DNA of 32,912 bases, from the NCBI GenBank assembly GCA_046716705.1, contig JBKJWA010000261.1:1-32912 (forward strand), written 5' to 3'. The notes beneath the pieces were generated by a model. The model did not search any database, was not told the origin of the DNA, and saw only the letters and a list, made by a program, of their open reading frames with translations. This document shows, one piece after another, positions 16,879-25,432 of the stretch. The DNA comes from Gaiellaceae bacterium. GTDB lineage: Bacteria > Actinomycetota > Thermoleophilia > Gaiellales > Gaiellaceae. The translations under genes were made by a program, and so were the position numbers. Within the stretch, counting starts at the first letter, position 1. Every line of letters starts with the position of its first letter.

Positions 16879-17997
16879 ATGCCGGACGGCGGCGGGCACG
16901 ATGGTGCGTCTGCACAGGCTTCGCCGTCGGCGGAGGTGGACGCCGTCGTGCTGTTCGAGCATCTCCGCGAGGAGATCCGCCGTGGCGGCGCCGGCCCGGA
17001 GGGCGCACGTGCGACGTGGCGCGCCCAGGCCGAACGGATGTGGCCGGTCTCGGCCGAGCGTCCGTTGGAGCGGCGACCAGGCCTCAAGGGCGCGATCGCG
17101 TATCCCGTCAAACGGCTCCTGCGGCCGCTGCTCCGGTGGTATGTCGAGCCGCTCGCTGCCGAGCAGCGCGCATTCAACGACGCCGTCCTGAAGCTCGTCG
17201 ACGGCCTCTACGAAGCCGCCGACCGTGCAAAGGACGGTGAGGAGGCGAGCCGCCGCGCGCTCGTCGAGCTCGAAGAGCGGCTGCGGCGCATCGAGCGGAG
17301 GGGCGGCACGTCGGCGCCCACGATGACGGTGGCCGCGCAGCCGGCTGCGGCGGCCGTGCCCGACTACTTCGCGTTCGAGGCGCGGATGCGGGGCTCCACG
17401 GCCGCCGTCCGCGACCGTCAGCGTCCCTACGTCGACGACTTCCGCGATGCCGGTCCCGTGCTCGACATCGGTTGCGGGCGCGGCGAGTTCCTCTCGCTGC
17501 TGCGCGAGGTGGGCGTCGAGGCTCGGGGGATCGACGCCGACGCGGACATGGTCGCGTACGCCGCCGGTGAGGGACTCGACGTCGAGCAGGCGGATGCCGT
17601 GGCCTACCTCGAGGGCCTCGACGAGGGTTCGCTCGGGGGTGTCTTCGCCGCACAGGTCGTCGAGCACCTGCCTCCCGCGACGCTCGTCCGGCTACTCGAG
17701 CTCGCGGCTGTGAAGCTCCGGCAGGGCGGCCTCCTCGTCGCCGAGACGATCAACCCGCTCTCGCCCCTGGCGCTCCGCAGCTACTTCGCCGATCTCACGC
17801 ACGCGCAACCGCTCGTCCCAGAGACGCTCGTCCTGCTGGCGGAGCAAGCGGGATTCCGCAAGGTGGCGACGCGATTTCTCAACGAGCCAGAGGAGCGCCT
17901 GGCCGTTCCCGACGATCTACTCATCGCCGGGAACGTGCGCAGGCTGAACGAGCTCTTGTTCGGGCCGCTCGACTACGCGATCGTCGCCCGGACGTGA
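16879..17997 (+). CDS. SAM-dependent methyltransferase with N-terminal coiled-coil domain
   Basis: 372 aa. Roughly the first 170 aa are helical/heptad-like (AEQRAFNDAVLKLVDGLYEAADRAKDGEEASRRALVELEERLRRIERR). The C-terminal domain has VLDIGCGRGEFLSLL and VVEHLPPATLVRLLELAAVKLRQGGLLV. Confidence 0.85.
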   Translation: MPDGGGHDGASAQASPSAEVDAVVLFEHLREEIRRGGAGPEGARATWRAQAERMWPVSAERPLERRPGLKGAIAYPVKRLLRPLLRWYVEPLAAEQRAFNDAVLKLVDGLYEAADRAKDGEEASRRALVELEERLRRIERRGGTSAPTMTVAAQPAAAAVPDYFAFEARMRGSTAAVRDRQRPYVDDFRDAGPVLDIGCGRGEFLSLLREVGVEARGIDADADMVAYAAGEGLDVEQADAVAYLEGLDEGSLGGVFAAQVVEHLPPATLVRLLELAAVKLRQGGLLVAETINPLSPLALRSYFADLTHAQPLVPETLVLLAEQAGFRKVATRFLNEPEERLAVPDDLLIAGNVRRLNELLFGPLDYAIVART

Positions 17998-18030
17998 TGA
18001 ACGCTCTCGGCACAGTTGCGTCACCCATGG

Positions 18031-18046
18031 GCCGCGATATCGCGGC
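18031..18046. promoter_or_regulatory. perfect 16-bp palindrome GCCGCGATATCGCGGC (candidate operator)
   Basis: All 8 base pairs of dyad symmetry were verified by hand. It lies in the 61-nt gap after the 16879-17997 gene and directly abuts the TAGGCT box at 18047-18052. Confidence 0.4.
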
Positions 18047-18052
18047 TAGGCT
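18047..18052 (+). promoter_or_regulatory. putative -10 box TAGGCT for a leaderless GTG 18059 transcript
   Basis: TANNNT hexamer exactly 6 nt upstream of GTG 18059, the same spacing as at 16879, 16822 and 32863. Confidence 0.35.
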
Positions 18053-18058
18053 CACGCC

Positions 18059-19135
18059 GTGGGTCGGGGAGGCGGGGTCTCCCCACTGCCAGGCGAACCG
18101 GACACGGCCGTGAGGATCGCGGTCTGCCGCCCTCAGGTGCCGTTCGAGCGCGGCGGCGCCGAGATCTTCGCGGACGACCTCACGGAGGAACTCCGTCAGC
18201 GTGGCCACGAGGCAGACGTCGTCACGCTCCCCTTCAAGTGGTACCCGGGCGCGCGCGTGCTGAGCCAGGCGTTCCTCTGGCGGCTTTCCGACCTGACCGA
18301 AGCGGACGGCCGCGCGATCGACATGGTGATTGCGACGAAGTTCCCGTCGTACTGCGTGCGGCATCCGAACAAGGTGGTCTGGCTGCTCCACCAGTTCCGC
18401 CAGGCATACGAGCTCGACCGCACGGAGCTCGGCCAGTTCTCCGAGTCGCCGCCCGACCGGGCACTACGCCGGCAGGTGCAACGCCTCGATCGCGTCTGTC
18501 TCGGTGAGGCCCGCCGTGTCTTCGCCACGTCCCAAAACGTCGCCGACCGCCTCGCGCGCTCGACGGACATCGCCGCCGAGGTGATGCCTCACCCTCCGCA
18601 GCACCTCGACTACCGCTGCGACGAGTACGGCGACTTCGTGCTCTCCGTGGGTCGACTCGACCGCGCGAAGCGGGTCGACCTGCTGCTCGAGGCGCTCGCA
18701 GCAGACCCCACCCTGCGTGGGGTGGTCGCCGGGGACGGCCCCGACCGCGCACGCCTCCAGGAGCTGGCCGCGAAGAAGGGGCTCGACGGGCGCGTGACGT
18801 TCTCCGGCCGCGTGAGCGATGCGGAGCTCACCGACCTCTACGCGCGCTGCCTCGCCGTCTTCTACGCGCCCGTGGACGAGGACTTCGGCATGGTGCCCTT
18901 CGAAGCGTTCCTCGCTGAGAAGCCCGTCATCACGACCGCCGACGCCGGCGGGCCGCTCGAGGTCGTGGACGACCGCCGCACGGGGCTCGTCTGCGAGCCG
19001 CGACCACTCGCCGTGGCCGAAGCCTGCGCCTGGCTGCGGGAACACGTCGACGACGCACGGACGTGGGGACAGGCGGGCCGCCGGGTCGCCGAGCAGCTCA
19101 CGTGGGATCGCGCCATCGACCGGCTGCTCGCATGA
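18059..19135 (+). CDS. GT4-family glycosyltransferase
   Basis: GRLDRAKRVDLL...FYAPVDEDFGMVPFEAFLAEKPVIT. GTG 18059 sits 6 nt after a TAGGCT box (leaderless-like). GTG 18110 (VRIAVCRP...) is the alternative start. Confidence 0.85.
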   Translation: MGRGGGVSPLPGEPDTAVRIAVCRPQVPFERGGAEIFADDLTEELRQRGHEADVVTLPFKWYPGARVLSQAFLWRLSDLTEADGRAIDMVIATKFPSYCVRHPNKVVWLLHQFRQAYELDRTELGQFSESPPDRALRRQVQRLDRVCLGEARRVFATSQNVADRLARSTDIAAEVMPHPPQHLDYRCDEYGDFVLSVGRLDRAKRVDLLLEALAADPTLRGVVAGDGPDRARLQELAAKKGLDGRVTFSGRVSDAELTDLYARCLAVFYAPVDEDFGMVPFEAFLAEKPVITTADAGGPLEVVDDRRTGLVCEPRPLAVAEACAWLREHVDDARTWGQAGRRVAEQLTWDRAIDRLLA

Positions 19136-20337
19136 AGGTCGCCTACTACTCGCCCCTGCCGCCGTCGCGCTCGGGGATCGCCGACTACAGCGAGCTGCTG
19201 CTGCCGGCGCTTCGGGAGAGGATCGACGTCGAGCTCGCTCGCCCCGGGCGCTTCCGCCGCGCGCCGAAGGCGGACGTCGCCCTCTACCACGTCGGCAACG
19301 ACCCGGAGGCGCACGGCTGGATCGTCGAAGCTCTTCGCCGCCGCCCAGGCGTCGTCGTGCTCCACGAGCTCGTCCTCCATCACCTCGTTGCGGGCATCAC
19401 CCTCGCCCGCGGAGACGCGGCCGGCTACCTCGCCGCAATGGAGGCAGAGCACGGCCTCGCCGGCCGGCTCCTCGCGTACGGCGTGCTCGACAACCGGATT
19501 CCCCCTCTGTGGGAGTCGCGGCCTCAGGACTTTCCGCTTGCGGGCGAGATCCTCAGGCTCTCGCAGAGCCTCGTCGTCCACTCGCGCTACGTGGAGGAAG
19601 GGGCACGGGCTGCCGGCTACGAGGGGCCGATCGCGCGCATTCCCCACCCTGCCTGGACGCACGAAGGGGTGACGACGACCGACGGAAAGCGCATCGGCTG
19701 CTTCGGCCACGTGAACGAGAGCAAGCGCATTCCGCAGCTGTACGCGGCGTTCGCGCGGCTCCGCGAACGGCTCCCCGAGGCGCGGCTGATCCTCGTCGGC
19801 GGCGCATCGCGACGGCTCGCCGATCTCGAGGCGCCCGAGGGCGTGACGCGTGAAGGATATGTCGGCGAGGAGCGGCTCTGGTCGCTCATGGAGTCCTGCG
19901 ATGTCGTCGTTTCACTGCGCTCGCCGACGATGGGCGAGACGTCGGGCACCGTCGTCCGCGCGCTATCGATCGGCAAGCCGCTCGTGGTCACCGACGTCGG
20001 CTGGTTCTCCGAGCTGCCTGACACGGTGGCCGTGAAAGTGGCCGCCGACGAGCACGAAATGGAGACGCTTGCCGCCGAGCTCGAGCGTCTGCTCGCCGAC
20101 GCCGAGGCGCGCCGAGCGATGAGCGCAGCCGCGCGCGAGCTTGCCAGGACCGAGCACGACGTCGAACGGGTCGCCGACCTCTACGTCGCAGCGCTCGAGG
20201 AGACAGCGGGAGGCGAGGGCGTGCGGGAAGCTGTTGCACGCGAGGTCGCGGGCGCCGCGGCCGACGTCGGCATCGGTCCTGACGATCCCGAGGCGAAGGA
20301 GCTGGCGGCCCGCCTGCGTGAGGCTGAGCTTGGCTAG
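19132..20337 (+). CDS. GT4/GT-B-family glycosyltransferase
   Basis: Begins MKVAYYSPLPPSRSGIADYS and contains GHVNESKRIPQL...SLRSPTMGETSGTVVRALSIGKPLVV. ATGA overlap with the upstream stop. Confidence 0.8.
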   Translation: MKVAYYSPLPPSRSGIADYSELLLPALRERIDVELARPGRFRRAPKADVALYHVGNDPEAHGWIVEALRRRPGVVVLHELVLHHLVAGITLARGDAAGYLAAMEAEHGLAGRLLAYGVLDNRIPPLWESRPQDFPLAGEILRLSQSLVVHSRYVEEGARAAGYEGPIARIPHPAWTHEGVTTTDGKRIGCFGHVNESKRIPQLYAAFARLRERLPEARLILVGGASRRLADLEAPEGVTREGYVGEERLWSLMESCDVVVSLRSPTMGETSGTVVRALSIGKPLVVTDVGWFSELPDTVAVKVAADEHEMETLAAELERLLADAEARRAMSAAARELARTEHDVERVADLYVAALEETAGGEGVREAVAREVAGAAADVGIGPDDPEAKELAARLREAELG

Positions 20338-22390
20338 TCGCCTCGCCCGCGTCCCGGCGTGGGTCTGGCTCGCGGGCATCGTCACGGTCTCGACGCTCGT
20401 CCGCTACGTGTTCGGCCGCGGCACGCCCGCGCCGTGGATCATGGTCGACGAGCTCATCTACTCCGAGCTCGCGAAGAGCCTCGCCGACTCGGGTCGCTTC
20501 CTCGTCCGCGGCGAGGCAACGGCGGCGTACGGCATCGTCTACCCCGCGCTGATAGCGCCGGCGTGGGCGCTCTTCGAGTCGGTGCCGCAGGCGTACGCGG
20601 CCGCAAAGGCGATCAACGCGCTCGTCATGTCGCTCGCGGCCGTGCCTGCGTACTTCCTCGCCCGCCGCGTGCTCGCCGAGCCGCTCGCGCTCGTGGCGGC
20701 GGCGCTGACGGTGGCCGTGCCGGCGATGGTCTACACGGCGACGCTGATGACGGAGAACGCGTTCTATCCGCTGTTTCTCTGTACGGCGCTTGCGATGGTG
20801 CTGTGGCTCGAGCGGCCGACGCCGCTGCGAACGGCCACTGTTCTCGGCGCCTGCCTCGTCGCGTACCTCACGCGCCAGCAAGCGGTCGCACTGCTGCCGG
20901 CGCTTCTGACCGCGCCGTTCTACGTCGCCGGGCGGGCCGCCTTCCGCCGCTACGCGCTCCTCTACGGCGTCGCTGCCGCAGGCTTCGTGGCGATCCTCGC
21001 CGTCCAGCTGGCAAGAGGCCGGTCGCCCCTTGGCATCTTCGGAGCGTACGAGGTTGCGGGCCGTGCCGACTACTCCGTTCGGGAGGTTGCGAAGTGGTTC
21101 GTGTACCACGTCGGAGAGCTCAGCCTCGCCCTCGGCGTGATTCCCTTCGCGGCGCTCATCCTCCTGGCGCTCATACCGCGGCAGTTGACGGAGCGCGACC
21201 GGACCTTCGTCGGCGCCGCCCTCAGCCTGTTCTTTTGGCTCGTGCTCGTAGCGGCCGTGTTCGCCTCGGAGCAGACGTTCCGCATCTCGGAGCGAAACAC
21301 GTTCTACGTCGGATCACTGTTCCTTATCGCGCTGCTCGTGTGGGTCGAGCGCGGAGCGCCGAGACCTCAGGTAGCAACAGCGATTGCGGCATTCCTCGCC
21401 GCCGGGCTGCCGCTCGTCATCCCGTACGAGGACTTCATCGGACTCAACGCGGTGTCAGACACCGCGGCGCTGCTCCCGCTCGGGTGGCTCGTCGAACAGG
21501 GACTGTCCCTGTCGAATGCAGATCTGGTTGTCCTCGCCGGCTGCCTCGTCGCTGCTGCGGCCTTCCTCTTTGTTCCCCGGCGGTACGCGCTCGCGCTGCC
21601 GGCGTTCGTGCTCCTGTACTTCGCGCTCTCCCAGCATCCGATCGTGGATCAGCACCGGTTCCGCTCGGCGCAACACCTGTTCGGCGGGATCGCGATAGAA
21701 GATCGCGATTGGATCGACCGCTCGGTGGGGCGGGATGCCGACGTGGCGTTCCTGTGGACCGGCACCTCCGACAAGTTCACGATCTGGGAGAACGAGATCT
21801 TCAGCCGCAGCATCGGCGACATCTACACGACGGGACCAGCCGTTCCCGGCGGGCTGGCGCAGACGCCTGTCTCGATCGACAGAAGCACGGGCTACGTGCG
21901 CCGGCCCGACGGAGACCGCGTGCCGGTGTCGTTCGTGGTCACCGACGCGACCGGTGAGTTCGGAGGCACTCTGGTCGGCGAAGACGGGATCAAGCGCCTG
22001 GCTCTCTATCGGGTTCACGGCCCGCTCCGCCAAGTTGCCTTCGTCGACGGGCTCTATCCACAGGACACGTGGTCGGGCAAGAACGTGACCTACACGCGCC
22101 ACGAGTGTCGTGGTGGGACGCTCGAGGTCGAGGTGCAGAGCGACGCGGCCCTGTTCGATACACCGAACATCCTCAGTGCCCGAGTGGGCGGCCGCGTGAT
22201 CAAACGCGTGATCGTCGACCCCCGGGTCACGTCGGTGCAGATGCGCATTCCGATCGAGTCGGAGAACGGGAAATGCGTCGTACGGTTCGAGGTCGACCGC
22301 ACGGCGATACCGCGCGAGGTGACCGATGGCGAGAACCCGGACCCGCGCCAGCTGGGCCTGCACTTCAACCGCTTCACGTACGAGCCGTGA
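20318..22390 (+). CDS. large polytopic GT-C-fold glycosyltransferase with C-terminal extracytoplasmic domain
   Basis: About 690 aa. MVDELIYSELAKSLA first-loop Asp-Glu motif, AVPAYFLARRVL, TENAFYP, more than 10 TM helices and a roughly 250-aa beta-rich tail. GTG 20318 is proposed; TTG 20330 is the alternative. Paralogue of 26190-28355. Confidence 0.8.
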   Translation: MRLSLASRLARVPAWVWLAGIVTVSTLVRYVFGRGTPAPWIMVDELIYSELAKSLADSGRFLVRGEATAAYGIVYPALIAPAWALFESVPQAYAAAKAINALVMSLAAVPAYFLARRVLAEPLALVAAALTVAVPAMVYTATLMTENAFYPLFLCTALAMVLWLERPTPLRTATVLGACLVAYLTRQQAVALLPALLTAPFYVAGRAAFRRYALLYGVAAAGFVAILAVQLARGRSPLGIFGAYEVAGRADYSVREVAKWFVYHVGELSLALGVIPFAALILLALIPRQLTERDRTFVGAALSLFFWLVLVAAVFASEQTFRISERNTFYVGSLFLIALLVWVERGAPRPQVATAIAAFLAAGLPLVIPYEDFIGLNAVSDTAALLPLGWLVEQGLSLSNADLVVLAGCLVAAAAFLFVPRRYALALPAFVLLYFALSQHPIVDQHRFRSAQHLFGGIAIEDRDWIDRSVGRDADVAFLWTGTSDKFTIWENEIFSRSIGDIYTTGPAVPGGLAQTPVSIDRSTGYVRRPDGDRVPVSFVVTDATGEFGGTLVGEDGIKRLALYRVHGPLRQVAFVDGLYPQDTWSGKNVTYTRHECRGGTLEVEVQSDAALFDTPNILSARVGGRVIKRVIVDPRVTSVQMRIPIESENGKCVVRFEVDRTAIPREVTDGENPDPRQLGLHFNRFTYEP

Positions 22391-23460
22391 GGATCGCCTT
22401 CGACGTCAGCCCGCTCTCGCATCCGCGGTCAGGGATCGGCACGTACCTCCGCGGGTCGCTCGCGGGGCTGGCCGAGGCAGCCGCCGGCGAGCACGAGATC
22501 GTCGCCTTCGCGCCGACGAGCCCGCAGGGGAAGAGGGCGATCCCCGCAGCGCTCGCCGGCATCCCCGTCGAGATCTCGCTCCAGCTCCTCCCGTTCGCGC
22601 ACTTCTGGCGCCAGGGCTGGAGCAAGCTCGGGAAGCCCGCCGTGGAGCGCTTCCTCGGCCCGATCGACGTCCTCCACTTCTCGGACTGGATGTACCCGCC
22701 TCAGCGACGCGGGATCCGCGCGACGACGATTCACGACCTCGTGCCCCTGCGCCACGCCGAGTGGGTGCAGGGCCGGACGCGCCGCATGCACTCGGCGAAA
22801 TACCGGAACGCGGCACGCACCTGCGATCTCATCTTCGCGAACTCGGCGTTCACGGCGCGCGAGGTCGTCGACCTGCTCGGGGTATCCGCCGATCGCGTGC
22901 ACGTGGCGCTGCCCGGCGTGGACGCCGTCTTCACGAGCGACGGCGCGAAGGCCGACCTCGGCGGCGACTACGTCCTCACCGTGGCGACGCTCGAGCCGCG
23001 CAAGAACCTCGCAGCGCTCGTCGAGGCGCAGGCGCTCCTGGGTCGCGACGATGTCTCGCTGGCGGTGGTCGGCGCCGAAGGGTGGGGCGAACAGCCGGCG
23101 CTCGATCGGCTGGGGATCGTGAGGCTTGGCTACGTCGACGACGAGGAGCTCGCACGCCTGTACCGCGGGGCGGCGGTTTTTGCCTACCCGTCGCGCTTCG
23201 AGGGATTCGGGTTGCCGGTGATCGAGGCGATGGCCTGTGGCGCGCCGGTCGTCTGCTCGTCGCATGGGTCGATGGACGAGGCCTGCGGCGATGCTGCTGT
23301 GCGCGCCGACCCCGAGAGCCCGCCCGCCGTCGCCACGGCGATCGAGATTGCGCTCGACCGGCGGGACGAGCTCGTCGCTCGCGGCGTCGCGCATGCCGCG
23401 CGATTCTCGTGGTCGCACACTGGCCGGGTCTTCCTCGACGCCTATCTCGACGCCTCGTGA
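22387..23460 (+). CDS. GT4-family glycosyltransferase (WbdA-like), tandem copy 1
   Basis: Begins VRIAFDVSPLSHPRSGIGTY and contains TLEPRKNL, YPSRFEGFGLPVIEAMACGAPVV. GTGA overlap with the upstream stop. Confidence 0.9.
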   Translation: MRIAFDVSPLSHPRSGIGTYLRGSLAGLAEAAAGEHEIVAFAPTSPQGKRAIPAALAGIPVEISLQLLPFAHFWRQGWSKLGKPAVERFLGPIDVLHFSDWMYPPQRRGIRATTIHDLVPLRHAEWVQGRTRRMHSAKYRNAARTCDLIFANSAFTAREVVDLLGVSADRVHVALPGVDAVFTSDGAKADLGGDYVLTVATLEPRKNLAALVEAQALLGRDDVSLAVVGAEGWGEQPALDRLGIVRLGYVDDEELARLYRGAAVFAYPSRFEGFGLPVIEAMACGAPVVCSSHGSMDEACGDAAVRADPESPPAVATAIEIALDRRDELVARGVAHAARFSWSHTGRVFLDAYLDAS

Positions 23461-24422
23461 TGCGCGTCGGTCTCGACGTCTCGGCGCTCGACCAGACCCG
23501 CGCCGGCACCGCGCGCTACATCGACGGCATCGACGCGCTCGACGACGTCGTCCTCGTTCGCCTCGGCCACCGCGGATCCGGCCACCTCGCGACCGTCTAC
23601 CGCGACGCGTGGTGGTACCCGGTCGTCCTTCCCCGCATGGCTGAGCGCAAGGGAGTCGACGTCCTCCACTGCCCGACGTTCCGCGGGCCACTTTCACCGA
23701 TGCCGCTCGTCGTAACCGTCCACGATCTCGCCGTCCTGCGCCACCCGGAGACCTTTAACCCATGGACGCGGCTCTACAGCCGCTTGTGCGTACCTCGGGT
23801 GGTGCGCGCGGCGAGCCGGATCATCGCCGTCTCCGAGCTCACGAAGCGCGAGCTGGTCGAGCTGCTCGGCACGCCGCCGGACAAGGTGACGGTGATACCG
23901 AACGGCGTCGCCGAGGTCTTCTCGATGGACGGCCCCGCGGCCGAGGGCGACTACGTGCTCGCGGTGGGCACGCTCGAGCCGCGGAAGAACCTCGAGCGCG
24001 TGCAGGAGGCCGCGAGGTTGTCCGGTGCCGAGCTGCGCGTGGTCGGTGCACAGGGCTGGGGTGGGGTGCAGATCGCGGGCTGGCTCGGCCGAGTGCCCGA
24101 TGAAGAGCTCGCGCGTCTGTACCGCGGCGCGAAGTGTCTTGTCTACGCGTCGCTGTACGAGGGCTTCGGCCTACCGATCGCGGAGGCCATGGCGTGCGGG
24201 ACGCCCGTCGTGACTAGCCGGGGCGGCGCGACCGAGGAGACCGCCGGCGGCGCCGCGGTGCTCGTCGACCCGTACGACCCGGCGGCGATCGCTGCAGGGA
24301 TAGCGGAAGCGGTGGGACGACATGCGGAGCTTCGCCGCCGCGGCCTCGAACGAGCGCGCGCGTTCTCGTGGGACCAGGCCGCACGCGCCACCGTCGACGT
24401 CTACCGTGAAGTGGCCGGATGA
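23460..24422 (+). CDS. GT4-family glycosyltransferase (WbdA-like), tandem copy 2
   Basis: Begins MRVGLDVSALDQTRAGTARY and contains TLEPRKNL, YASLYEGFGLPIAEAMACGTPVV. TGATG 1-nt overlap with the upstream stop. Confidence 0.9.
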   Translation: MRVGLDVSALDQTRAGTARYIDGIDALDDVVLVRLGHRGSGHLATVYRDAWWYPVVLPRMAERKGVDVLHCPTFRGPLSPMPLVVTVHDLAVLRHPETFNPWTRLYSRLCVPRVVRAASRIIAVSELTKRELVELLGTPPDKVTVIPNGVAEVFSMDGPAAEGDYVLAVGTLEPRKNLERVQEAARLSGAELRVVGAQGWGGVQIAGWLGRVPDEELARLYRGAKCLVYASLYEGFGLPIAEAMACGTPVVTSRGGATEETAGGAAVLVDPYDPAAIAAGIAEAVGRHAELRRRGLERARAFSWDQAARATVDVYREVAG

Positions 24423-25432
24423 GCCTCGTCGTGATCGACGCGGACGTCCTCGGCCGTCGGCGCACGGGAGACGAGACGTACGTCTCGAACCTCCTGCGTC
24501 ACCTGGCGGCGGCGGGCGGGGACAGGCTCCGGTTCGCTGCGCTCACGCGGCGGCCCGATCTCGTGCCCCACGGGGTCGAAGCGGTGCACGTGCCTGCCCG
24601 CTTCCAGGAGCTGCGCATGGCATGGTCGGTGCCTCACACGCTGAACCGGCTACGTCCGGCGCTGGCGCACTTCCAGCATGCGCTGCCGCTGCGGTGCCCG
24701 TGTCCGGCTGTGGTCACGATCCACGACCTCTCGTTCGAGCGCGACCCTTCGGTGATGCCGCTGCACGACCGCCTCGTGTTCAAGACCGTCGTGCCGCGCT
24801 CGGCCAGGCGTGCGGCGCAGGTCCTAGCGGTGTCCGAGCGGACGAAGGGCGACATCGTCGAGCTGTACGGCATCGCACCTGAGAAGATCACCGTTACGTC
24901 GCACGGCGCGGATCCCGCGTTCTCGGCGGGCGACGGCAGACCCGGCGAATACGTGTTGCTCGTGGGCTCTGTCGAGAAGCGCAAGAACCCGTTGGCCGCG
25001 GCCGTCGCTGCCTCCGAGGTCGGGTTACAGCTCGTCGTCGCCGGGCCTGTGCGCGACGGAGAGCTCGCGCGGGAGCTCAACCGTCGTGGCGCGCAGGTCC
25101 GGGGCTACGTGACGCAAGAGGAGCTCGTCGAGCTCTATCGCGGCGCGGCGTGCCTCGTGATGCCGTCCCGCTACGAGGGCTTCGGCCTGCCCGTGCTGGA
25201 GGCGATGGCTTCAGGGACGCCGGTCGTCGCAGCGCCCGACGTCGCGCTGCGCGAGGTGGCCGGGGGGGCCGCGATCTTCGTCGAGCCCGAGCGGCTGGCG
25301 GATGGCATACGGCGAGCGCTCGCCGAGCGCGACCTGCTGGTCGCCGCGGGCCTCGACCGCGCACGCCTGTTCACGTGGGAGGAGACCGCGCGCCGCACCG
25401 TCGATGTCTACCTCGAGGTGCTCGGCGGGTGA
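24419..25432 (+). CDS. GT4-family glycosyltransferase (WbdA-like), tandem copy 3
   Basis: Begins MSLVVIDADVLGRRRTGDETY and contains SVEKRKNP, MPSRYEGFGLPVLEAMASGTPVV. ATGA overlap with the upstream stop. Confidence 0.9.
   Translation: MSLVVIDADVLGRRRTGDETYVSNLLRHLAAAGGDRLRFAALTRRPDLVPHGVEAVHVPARFQELRMAWSVPHTLNRLRPALAHFQHALPLRCPCPAVVTIHDLSFERDPSVMPLHDRLVFKTVVPRSARRAAQVLAVSERTKGDIVELYGIAPEKITVTSHGADPAFSAGDGRPGEYVLLVGSVEKRKNPLAAAVAASEVGLQLVVAGPVRDGELARELNRRGAQVRGYVTQEELVELYRGAACLVMPSRYEGFGLPVLEAMASGTPVVAAPDVALREVAGGAAIFVEPERLADGIRRALAERDLLVAAGLDRARLFTWEETARRTVDVYLEVLGG

Noticed and set aside
18066-18084. Hairpin GGGGAG-gcggggt-CTCCCC between the palindrome and GTG 18110.
   Set aside because: It has a short 6-bp stem and no T-tract, and it would lie inside the CDS if GTG 18059 is the start. 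The evidence is too weak for a distinct element.
14953-23697. Other long reverse-frame ORFs: 14953-16260 (-), 16807-17667 (-), 18862-19710 (-), 19988-21109 (-), 21455-22363 (-) and 22429-23697 (-).
   Set aside because: They show the same shadow-frame signature and conflict with well-supported plus-strand (or, for 14953-16260, mixed-strand) genes.
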